DNA of 64,000 nucleotides. Origin: Thecamonas trahens ATCC 50062 (taxonomy: Eukaryota; Protista; Apusomonadida). The stretch is taken from contig NW_013657617.1 of NCBI RefSeq assembly GCF_000142905.1, forward strand, positions 1-64,000. Direction: 5' to 3'. Made by a program: the position numbers and the translations under genes. Every line of letters begins with the position of its first letter. Position 1 is the first letter of the stretch. Below the pieces are notes generated by a model. The model was not told where the DNA came from and made no database searches. It worked only from the letters and a program-made list of their open reading frames with translations. Positions 23,801 to 34,343 of the stretch are shown piece after piece.

Positions 23801-26800
23801 AGCTCGCTCCGATTCGGTGCCAGGCACAGATCGGGCACCACGTCAAAATGGCACGAGTGTTGCACCGCCAGGCATCCGTCGGCATCGCACGCCACCATCA
23901 TCAGTCGGTTTTCGCTCGCAAGATCCGTCGCCGCCGGTAGCACAAGATCGCGGAACACAAGCTCACATTCACCGCCCTCTCCAAGCGCATCCACAACCGC
24001 CATCGCAGACGCCACCACCGTCTCGGTTCCGAGTCCCGACACTAGCTTGTACCGCCCGCCAACAACGGCTCCTCGCACTCGTGCCAGGTAAATGCCCGGG
24101 TATCCTCCGGTCGCATCCGCCTCTCGCGCCGTCGCCGGCATCGCCTGCCGCGGCAGCGGGAACGGCAGCTCGGCGACAGCCGAGCTCGCCACTACGTGCA
24201 GCCCGCCCCATCCCGGGACCTCAACCCCCCACGGGAGGAACGCCACCTCGTCTGGCACTCGAGTCTTGACTACAACGCTCCACTGCCCGCATCGAAGCCC
24301 GGTTGGGCTCGACTCGGCCCGCCCCACCCGGACGCTGATCTCGCCGGCCGGCACCGTCATCGGCGCCCAAGCCTCGCCCGATGCCGCAGCATTAGTCCAC
24401 CACACAACCCCGCACGTCTCGCTCCGAACCTCCATCCAGAACCGGTCAACCTCGGAGGGCTCCTGTGCCTCAAACACCACACTGAGTGTCACCGCATCCG
24501 CCCGCGGTGCGAGCGGATCCTGCAGCGCCGGCAGCTCCACTTCGGTCACGCCTACGCTGCCATCGGTCCACACGTCGACGCTCCTGGCCCATCCTCCACT
24601 CATCGTAACCCGGCACCGCTCCAGCAGCGCGTGTGGCATCGACACCGTCCCAATACCAAGCTTCTTGAGGCCAGCCAGCCGGCTCACCACCGCCCGCTCA
24701 AGCGTAAACGTCAGCGAGCGTTTGAGGCTCGCCACAGGCACCACGAGCACATCGCTCGTGCTCGTTGCCACGCACTTGCCGTCCGCTATCGCACGCCACA
24801 CACCCACGCCGTCGCACGCGCTCGAGCTCGAGCTCGGCTTGTACGCGGCAAGCGTTAGCGCAATGCCGATCGCCTCGCCGCTTGCCGCGCGCACCAGCAC
24901 ATCTGATGCCCGAATCTTGGGCTCGGGACACCCTGCGCCGGCGTTGTGCTCGATACTAACACACAGGCCACCGGTACTACCAGCCTGCACCTGTGCACGC
25001 CTGAGGGCAGTCAGATACCACGGGCCGGCACAGACATCGGTCACCTTGACCTCGGCCTCGCCAATCTTGTCGTGCTTTCCGTCGTTATCAAAGTCGTAGA
25101 CAACCACCTTGAGCGTTGGCGGTACACTCTCCAGCGCAAACGGCGGCCACTTCGGCGAGAGCTGGTTCATCACCACCGGCGTGACATGCAGCAGCTCGTC
25201 GCCAGCCCATACTTCAGCAAATGGATCAGACTTGCCCAAAGCAGAGTCAAGGTTGTCGAGCGAAACGCATGAGAGCCGCACCACGCTCAGGCCGCCCGAT
25301 GCTCCGCCCTCGTCTCTCGGCTCCAGCACAGGCCGCATCGCCACAAACACCATCGCGCCCGCAGACTCGTTGCGATCATAAACCTTGATCGCCTTGGTCA
25401 GCGGTGCGTACTGCAGCTCGCGCACGCTCGCACCCACACGTCCCAGCAGCTCATGGTCGCCGCGCTTGTCCGCACTGTACATCGCCACATTCAGCATGCC
25501 GTCCGCCACGCTCCCGCCCAGCGCCTCGGCCTCGATCCGGAACGTCCCGTAGCTCGCGCCCTTGGTCTTGCTGACAACCTCAGACCTCGCCACCACTAGT
25601 CCGGACGCGTTCTCGATGACCACAAACGTGCCGCTGGTATTGAGCTTGTTGCCGCCAATCTCGACCTCGATCCCGAGGCTCTCTGCCGGCACCGCCACTC
25701 CGCCGCCAGACTCCGCTGCCGCAGCCTCGGCGGCGGCCACGCTGTCGTACTTGGACACCTCAAACTGCATCCGGCCCTGCGGCCCGCGCCGGTCGCTGCA
25801 AGTGAGAGAGCCAGAGACCCAGCTTCCCGCGCAGAGTGATGCCTCGCTCACCAGCCATCCACCGATCTCGTCGTGATCACCATCGCCGTCAGCGTCGTAG
25901 ACAACCACCTGGAGATCGCGCCCGCTCACCTCGCCCAGGTCGACCACAAACGGCGCCCAGCTTGGACTCAGGTTGTTCTTCACCACCCGCGACCGGTGCA
26001 CCAAGTTTGGCCCGCACTTGATCGTGAAGAACGGGTCAGACTTGCCGCGCATCCCGTCGAGGTTGGCCAGCTTGTACGCCGACGGCGTGAGTGTCACCGC
26101 TACCGGTCGGCTAACTGCCTCGCTCACGTCGGCAGGCGACACCTCGACCACCTCAAGCACTACACCCGCAGCCACAAAGCACATCGGTGCCGTCCCGATC
26201 TCGCGCACTTCGCGGACCGTAGTCTGCACTTTGGCAACCGTCTCGTGAGCCCCAGATGGTTCAAACCTCCATATCGCCACCTCGAGCTCGCAGTGGCTTG
26301 CTGGCGCGCGGAGCGTAAGTGGCGCAAAGTCACAACCGCCGCGACGGACCTCGACCACCTCGCTCCTGTACACCAGCGATCGCCTGGCCGAGACTTCCAG
26401 GAACGCACGCCCGCGTTTGCCAAGCGAGAGCCTGCTGACCCGGATTCCGAGTCGGACCGCGTCAAGCAGCTCACGATGGGTAGCCTGGACGCTGGCCTCA
26501 CTCGCGACCACCAGTGCGAGCGAGACCGCTCCGGCGGTATCGGCACCGGCAAAGCAGAGCGTGCTCGATGCGTTTGCCCACAAAGCCCCGGTGATCAGAG
26601 CAACTGTCGCCCACGGCGCCATTGCCAACTCGCCCAGCGTTGTTCGTCCGCAGCCAACAAGCTCCGCCTCTTCCCACACCTGGACAGAAACGCTGGTCTC
26701 GTCGTCGACCGCCACCGGGGCCAGCAGCATCTCGGCACTCTCCCACACGCCACGCCCGGTCGCATCAACTGTCACCGGCCAACTGTGCGCAGCGAGAACG

Positions 26801-29800
26801 TCATCAACCATGGCAGTAAACCATATCCGGGAGCCGGGCCCAGCCGATGCGTGCGCCTGGGCCCAGCCCACCTTGATCGCCACCGGGCGCCCGGCGGCAG
26901 CCGCATCACCAGCAACAGCAGCCAGCTGGGCTGCGACGCCACCACGCGCGCTAGCATCCACGCTCTCGTTCGTGGCAGTATCCACAACCCGGGCCGCAAC
27001 ACCAACTCCTGGGGCAATCAGGTGGTACCGAGCAGCTCTGCGGGCGCTCGGATCAACCAGCTCGCACAGTGCCACCGCCCAGTCCTCCGAGTGGACGGCC
27101 GGGAAGCTACCGCTAGCGGGCGAGGACGCGCTGCGGATCGAGACTCGAACACGCTCCGAGTTGCGCGTCGAAGCACCAAGCCAGATGAGGGCAGGCTCGC
27201 TCCCAGCACAAACCGGCGTCGATCGGGCAAGCAACTGACCGGCTCGGTTGGCGACGTTAAGGAAAACAAGCGCGTCCTCGCCCACGTCGCCCGACGAGAG
27301 AACAGAGACCGCGATACGGACCATGCCGGTCGTCGGCAGCACCCAGTTTGCCGACCCAATCGGGGCACTCTCGTCTTCCGGCACTGTCGTCATCGCAAGC
27401 GTGACGCTCCATCCAGCCTCGCTCTCCACCACCGGCCAGCGGCTCGGACCCAAAGCCCAGTCGGCCATGGTCCCATGGAGACTCCCGAGATCGACAACGC
27501 CACCGCCGCCGCCGAGAATGCCTCTAAGCCGGATTGCGAGTGTGACAGGCTTGCCTTTGCGGATAGCTCTCGTGTCCAGCTGCACCCGTGGGAGCACGGC
27601 CTCGTGTTTGGGATCCGACTTGAACGCCCGCTGGGCGACGGGGCCCACGCTCACTGGTTCGCTGACAAAGAGCGTCACTGGCGCACGGCAAGTGTCGATG
27701 ACCTCGTAGACCACAGCCATGTCGGCCACTCCACGACGAGGACCGGCAATCAGAAGAGTCGGCACAAGCGTCGCCATCTGACTCTCGGCTCCGGTGCGAT
27801 TCTCCGCAGCCGCACCGCTGGCCGAGACAACAACAAGCTTGCCAAGCGAGGCGTCATCACCAGCCGCCTTGATGGGCACCTCAGTCCACGACTGGACAAT
27901 TTGTGTCCGACTCAGTGCAACGGTGCCCATCAGATTGTGCTTCCCATCGGGCTCAAAGTCCCAGACCCGGACGACGATGTCTGCTGCTGGGGCAGCCTCC
28001 AGCGCCGCTCCTGGAACAACAAGGCCTGGGAAGTGCGCGGAGCGGACGCCAGTGACCGGAGGTGTCCGGGCGACCGTAGCCGAGCCGACCGCAATCTCGA
28101 GGAATGGGTCCGCGTTGCTGTTCGAGCCAACCCGCGCCAAGTCGCGGAGCTTGAGATCAAGAACAAGGTCCGAGCCAGCAGGCACTGCGTTAGCCCACTG
28201 CTCACCAGCAACCGCCACGTCGCCGACATCGGCAAGCTCGCCCGGAGTGAGCAGCGTCTCCATCGAGGCAACCGCCCACGAGCCGGACGACTCGTCGGCG
28301 CCATGACAAGGGAGCTTGATGGGGCGGAGGAACGAGCCCTTGAGCCAGTCGGAGAGAGTGCAGCGGAGCGCGCCAAGCGGCGTGTGCGGCGCGGCCTTGA
28401 CGCCACGGTCATAGATGCGGATCTCAAACTCGGCGTCAGCGCCGCCGACCGCAGCAGCCGGAAGCACAAACGGCGCCCACTGCGGGGCCTTGGTCTTGGG
28501 CCCCGCGGGCTCGGAGACGTACAGTAGAAGGCCCGGCGAGCCTGAGGCCGGATCGCGGCGGCCAAGGGCCCACAGCTCGAAAAGGCGCCGCCTTTGCGTG
28601 GCGAGATCTTGTTGCCAGCGCAGACGACTCGGACACCGGAGATGTCATTTGCAGCGGTCGCGGGCTCGCATGGCTGAATGGCATCGACAACAAAGGCGCC
28701 GCGCGATTTGGCGGTCGGGTAGGCGACAACGCCGTAGGCCGGCTCGACGTTGGCATCGTGGAGCGGATACTCGAATGGGACGCTGAGGAGCAGTTCGCTG
28801 AGGGTGGTGCGGTAGGCACCGAGCGAGTCGTGCGTCCCGTCCTTGTCCGAGTCAAAGACCACAATCTCGAGCGGAGTCGTTAGCTCGCCGACGTCAGCCA
28901 TGTTGAGAACAAACGGCCGCCACTGCGGCGAGAGGCTCTTGGCCACCGTCTCCGAGCGGTAGAGAATGATGCCGCCGCTCGCAGCTGAGCCCGAGTGGAG
29001 ATCGGACGGTCCTTTGCGGCGGGCAAGCTCCGGACTCAGCTTGATGACCTCGAAGAACGGGTCCGACTTGCCCATCGGTCCATCCATACGCGCCAGCTTG
29101 GCGCCGCGCACCGCCAGTCGGTAGGCGAGCGGAGCTGAGGCGCCTCCGCTTGGCCCAGCTCCGTCAGCCTCATCCACCGCACTTGCTCGTTGTGGGAGTT
29201 GCTCCCAGTCGAGGCCCATCACACTGAGCGCGCCGTAGAACTTGCCCGTACCCGGGCTGAGCAGCCGGAGCGATGCGTGCGGCGATTCGAGCTGGGCAAC
29301 GGTGACCGCGACAACACCGAGCAGCTTGTGGCACCCGTTGGCCTTGGCCTCGTACACATCCAACAGCAACGAGGTCGTTGGGCTGATGCCCGGTGGAAGC
29401 CACACCCGCGCCCCGCCAAAAGTGACCTCCTTCCCGCTCTCCTGTGGCGAGCGGAAGAAAGTTGGCAGCGCGAGGCCGGGATCGTTGATTGAGAGCTGGA
29501 AGAAGACAGTCCGCTTGGTCTTGAGCCGCGCGGTGAGGCCAAACGAGACAGCCGCCGGCGGCGCGCCCATGCCGAGCGCCCACTGCGCGGCAATCGGTGG
29601 AGGCGACGGCAGCTGACCAAGGTCACTGACCCGCTGTGCGCCACGGACCACAAGGAAACCGTCCGGCTTGCTCCGTGGATTCAGCCGGAGGCTGAGGCGG
29701 GTCGGAAAGGCAAGCTGGCCGAGGCTGGTGGTGGTCGAGCCAATGAGATCAACAGAGCCATCGTCGTCGGCGTCGTAGACGCTGACCACAACCTTACGAT

Positions 29801-30834
29801 CGGTCCACTCACCCCCGACGTGCCCCCATGATGGAGCCAGACAATAGCGGGCGCAAAGTGCGGACTCGATGAGTTGGGCACAACTTCCGAGGTAAAGATG
29901 ACTTCGCCGCTACGCAACGCGATCTCGACAAACGGGTCCGACTTGCCCCGATGCCATCGCGATTGGCGAGCTTCTCGCCGGTGAGGTCAAGAACAAGCGC
30001 AACTGGAGGCTGCGAGAGCGGGGGCGGAAGCGGCGAAGAAATGAGCTCGGCGGCAACCACCTTGAGCGAGGCCTTGGGAAGGAGGACGCCGTCGCGGGAA
30101 AGAGCAAAGTGGGCGCCAACGCGGGCGAGCGAGTCGAGCTCGACAACAGCCTGGCCGATAAAGTCCATCGGCGGCTCGTCGTCCCAGTCAAAGACGGCGA
30201 GCGTGACCATGCCCGACGAGCCGATGGCAGCTTTGGCCAGCTCGAGCGGGGCAAATTGGCACGAGAGCGTCTGCAGATGGACCTCGGTCCGTGCCACCAG
30301 CTCCGCCGGGGAGGCAGGGATGCCAGTCTGGGCCCTCGCCCCGGGCATGATCTCGATGTACGGATCCGACTTTGCGCGAAAGCCCGAATCCATCTTGGGC
30401 AAGCCGTACGCAGCAAGAGTGAGCCTCAAGCCATAGACATCGTCCTGCGCGAGGCCAAGACCAAGCTCGTCCGAAGGCCAAGCAAAGCCGAGCGCTTCGG
30501 CCCACTTCTGAGCATCCGCAGCGTTTGCAGCGCGAAAGAGACGAGGCGACTCTGAGCTCTCGCCCGTAGGAAGGAGAGCAAAGGTACGAGCAGCATCTTT
30601 GGCTTCGATTTTTTTCGGAAAGCGAGAATGTGCATGCGGATCAATGACGAGGTGTGCAAGAGGGAGAACCGTCCGCGCCACGCCGCCCGTCTTGTCGGCC
30701 TCCTCCTGCGAGGCAAAGATGGACAGAAGGCTTCCGTCCACCGTCAGGTACCGCTTCTTCCACCGTCCGCGCTTGGTCGCTGGCTTCTTCTCCACCCATC
30801 CCTCATACGTCGTCTGTCGCGTCTTGCTGGCCAT
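20869..30834 (-). CDS. Giant PH-domain + tandem copine-type C2-domain protein (~3300 aa; three apparent single-base deletions)
   Basis: N-terminal PH (YEGWVEKK...WKKRYLTV...DAQKWAEAL) and repeated L..xD..GKSDPF.../V(Y/W)DxDxDGxHDxIG motifs. ORFs 29809..30834, 29681..29917, 27930..29789 and 20869..28467 join by one added base at ~29947, ~29825 and ~28582. Confidence 0.85.
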
Positions 30835-32022
30835 GGTCCCTCGCGTTCAGCCAAGGAGGCAAGGGGGGGGGGGAGACGGGTGGTCGGTGGTCGGAAACCA
30901 GCGCACGTGGCACGATGGCGGCGAGTTGACAATTTTTCATTTTTTGGCACGGGGCCGAGGATGGGGGGGGGGGGGGNNNNNNNNNNNNNNNNNNNNNNNN
31001 NNNNNNNNNNNNNNNNNNNNNNNNNNNNNNNNNNNNNNNNNNNNNNNNNNNNNNNNNNNNNNNNNNNNNNNNNNNNTGCAAGCGACGCTCTTATTGTCGA
31101 GTCGGTCGAAGATCACATTTCTGTATGATCGAACAAACAATACCTTGAAATTAATCATCAAAATACCTATGTAATGGACTGACAAGAGTATACTTAGTCA
31201 TTATAACGCGAGGGGGTTAAACATGAACAAAGAATTATCATACTTTGAGGCTTAGAGAAACAGAGGACATTTCCGATTATACTAGGAACCTCTTCCGAGT
31301 CCCGCTTTCTCACCATGATATTATGTTTATGTTCATAGGGATGGGGATGGGGATAGTGTGGGTGGGAAAGAGGGAGGGAAGGGATGGGATGGAGCGATTG
31401 GTATGGGGTTGGCTGCAGGCTGGCTGCAGGCAGGCTAGGGCAGGCTGCAGGCAGGCTGGGGCAGGCTGGAGGTAGCTGCGATGGCTAGAGGGGGAAATTG
31501 GACGTTGGTGACGAGAGCATGGACACAAATCGGTACAGGTTAGAAAGAAAAGGTGCGTAGTGCTGGAAGAGGGCGATGGTGGTGGGAAGGATGGCTGGGA
31601 GAGTGCATCGAGCGTGGCGAGTGGCGGACGGTGTGGGGTTTTGGGGCGAAAAAATTGGGCAGAACGCGGCACACAGGTGAGCCAATGTGGGCGAGCAAGG
31701 ATGGCTCTACGGGCATCCCATACAATGTAAGCAGTACCATATGTTCCAACACGTAACAGAGTAGCAATTAGGGTTGCCATGGTGGTCGCTGTGGTTGCCA
31801 TGGTCGTCATGGCGACAGCAACGGCGGTCGTCGAAACCGAACCCGTCAAACGATAGCGGCTATTTTTCGCGGTTGGCGTGCAGAGCTGCAGGGCGCACTA
31901 TAGGAAGGCGTAATGGAACTGGTACATCCACACATGTTCTCACATGTATCAGATGAGCATGGAAACCAGGCAGACAGCCCATCGGTAGGTCCCGGTTGCC
32001 GGCATGGCCATCGATCGAGGCC

Positions 32023-32328
32023 ACACTTGTTGCAGTAGTCCGGACCAACAAACAGTTACAGATGCCTTCAATGCCAGACTGCTTCTGGCGGGAGAGGCAC
32101 GGAGTTTTGACTTCGCGCAGGCCGTCTGACGCGTGTCTATTTCCTCGCCACGCTGGAGAAATGTCACTCCTGAAACAACACTTGATGCAGTAGTCCGGAT
32201 CAACAGTTGGGTATGCCTTCAATGCCGGACTGGTGTGAGCTTGGAAACGGCTTGGTTTTGGCCCCGCCTTGGCTCTTCCTGGACAAGGGCGCCAATTCCG
32301 GGAATCCCATCAGTCCCGAAACAACACT
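32023..32328. repeat. Degenerate direct repeat, ~150-bp period, hairpin-forming core
   Basis: acacttg(t/a)tgcagtagtccgga...atgccttcaatgcc(a/g)gactg at 32023-32081 and 32178-32232. gaaacaacact at 32172 and 32318. Confidence 0.75.
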
Positions 32329-33006
32329 CCCACACTCCCACGGCGGGGTGCGGAACATTATCGTCACCATGACCATTTGCCACGTCGCCATGACATCGAA
32401 ACTCCATTATCCATTATGTCGTCATCGCCAGTCATCGTGACAATGCGCTACGTGGCACTCTTCGTTCCCTCCATCGCGCGGCGGCCCGAACAGAGCCATT
32501 GACAGCCAACACAGCCGCCCCATCTGGTCAACAAGTGGTCGAGGCTACTCCCTCTCCACACCCGCACCCGCACCAGCCCTGCCTACCACCCACATGCCTG
32601 CAACGCCCATGACCAACATCCATCCTTTCCTCGCCCATGTTCCCCGCCCCGGCCCATTTCAGTGCTGTCGCTCATAATGGATTTGTCGTCATCGTCCCGT
32701 CACAGGACCGACGATGCGGCCCGGCCAGATCTTACCCGCAGCACGCGTCCCACACTTATCAAGACATCCCGGCACCTTCATACAGCCTCACCAGCCACTA
32801 CACTCGGCAACAACCTACTACAACTTGCCATCATTCTCAACGTCTTGCTCAGTTGATCATCATCGTCTTCATGCCTCATAGCGAGGCGATCATCGTGCCC
32901 GGATTGATGGCTGCCACCGAAAGAACGCGCTGCGCCGCCGAACGAATCGGACGCGGTCTCCTACATCAGCCCACGAGCTACACCTTCTGCTACCCCTCTT
33001 CCAGTC

Positions 33007-34206
33007 ATGGCTGCTGATGGTGGCGGTGGCGAGCATGCCGGAGCAGGGAAAGTCGCGCCGGAAAAGTCAAACGATGCAACAGCATCAGCGCCTGGCCATG
33101 GCCACGGCCATGGCGATGACGACGAGCAAGGTCATACCACGCGCGAGCACCGACAGCAGTTCTCCACAGGCCTGTGTGACTGCTGTGACGACAGGGCCGG
33201 GTGCTGCTACGCATGCTGCTGCGCGCCGTGTCTGATGATGGAGATGCGCGCGCTGCGCGAAGGGCGGGATTTCTCCGTCGCCGAAAAGCGATGGGGCATC
33301 GGCGTGGCGCTCGCCAGCGGAGCCTCGCAGCTCGTCTTGACCTGCATGGATCGAGCAGACGCCCGTGCCGTCTACGATCTGGGCTCATGGACCTGGTCCG
33401 ATGCGCTTCTCGCGTGCTGCTGCGGCCCATGCTCGACGTGCCAGACCGCCCGCGAGCACTACGCCCGCTTCCCGGATCATCCGCGCCCTGGCTACGACGG
33501 CTGCTGCGCCTGCGGTGCCTGCGCCATCCAGTACAACCTGCCAGTGCCACCGGTAGACGCTTCCGGCTGCGCAGAGTCCAGCCATGGCGCATCTGGGCGC
33601 CGTGGCAAGTCCTCCCGCCGGGAGCGCTCGGCTCCCCGGGCCAGCTTCAACTACCCGATGGACATTCCCGACGAGGGAAACGGAACTGCGGGCGCCAAGG
33701 CTACCGCCAGGAGCACCGCCCTGGTGCTCTTTACCATCTACATCGTCGTTGCCGGCATCTTACTTGTCCAGATAGTGGTCGGCAGTGGCTCGAACCAGGG
33801 CGATCTAACGTCGTTTGCCGGCATGGCCATGCTGGCACTCCTCCTCCGCCACGCCCTCGCCGACAACGAGACCCGCAAGGTCGAGGTCTACTACTGGATC
33901 CATGTTCTGACTACCATCGGGTGGATCGTCCGCCTTCTGACCACCGTGGTCGTCTTCTTTTCCCAGGGCGAGAAGGGCGCCCACCTCGTCCAGCTCCTCG
34001 CCTTTGCCATCGTCGTCGCAGCCGCGAGCCTCCAGTGGTTTGCCCTCTCGCGCTACCGACAAGGCACCATGGCGGCTGGCTTCTGGTTTGTTCCGCCCAT
34101 CCAGATCGGCGACGAAGAGGCGCCGTCGCCTGGCGCCACGCGCTCGGCTGCCACGGCGTCGTCGTCGCACGATTCGTACGACGACTATGGCCTGTACTCA
34201 TACTGA
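33007..34206 (+). CDS. PLAC8 (Cys-rich) domain protein fused to a ~4-TM domain
   Basis: FSTGLCDCCDD..GCCYACCCAPC and DALLACCCGPCSTCQTARE. GHGHGHGDDD near the N-terminus. Four hydrophobic helices near the C-terminus. Confidence 0.85.
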   Translation: MAADGGGGEHAGAGKVAPEKSNDATASAPGHGHGHGDDDEQGHTTREHRQQFSTGLCDCCDDRAGCCYACCCAPCLMMEMRALREGRDFSVAEKRWGIGVALASGASQLVLTCMDRADARAVYDLGSWTWSDALLACCCGPCSTCQTAREHYARFPDHPRPGYDGCCACGACAIQYNLPVPPVDASGCAESSHGASGRRGKSSRRERSAPRASFNYPMDIPDEGNGTAGAKATARSTALVLFTIYIVVAGILLVQIVVGSGSNQGDLTSFAGMAMLALLLRHALADNETRKVEVYYWIHVLTTIGWIVRLLTTVVVFFSQGEKGAHLVQLLAFAIVVAAASLQWFALSRYRQGTMAAGFWFVPPIQIGDEEAPSPGATRSAATASSSHDSYDDYGLYSY

Positions 34207-34343
34207 TCGCATTGAACGCGCTCACGTTGCCCGCCATCACTCCGCCCACACTGCTGGGCGTGCTGGCATGTTTAAAACAAGCTTACAATCTGTGTGCGAC
34301 CAGAGCTGGCCGTGGTGGTGTTTGGCTTCTATGTATTTCTCGG

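Noticed and set aside
25873-28527. Long antisense and alternate-frame ORFs (e.g. 25873..28527 +, 772..2508 +, 53919..55502 +, 61721..63145 +)
   Set aside because: Shadow ORFs expected from high GC3 bias over real genes, with Arg/Pro-rich non-protein-like composition.
31411-31470. GCAGGCT-type short repeats
   Set aside because: Simple degenerate low-complexity repeat with no further structure.
32178-32232. SECIS element or K-turn on the minus strand (TGAA...TGAT)
   Set aside because: The upper helix is far too short, the GA pair is not kept in the other copy, and there is no selenoprotein gene nearby.
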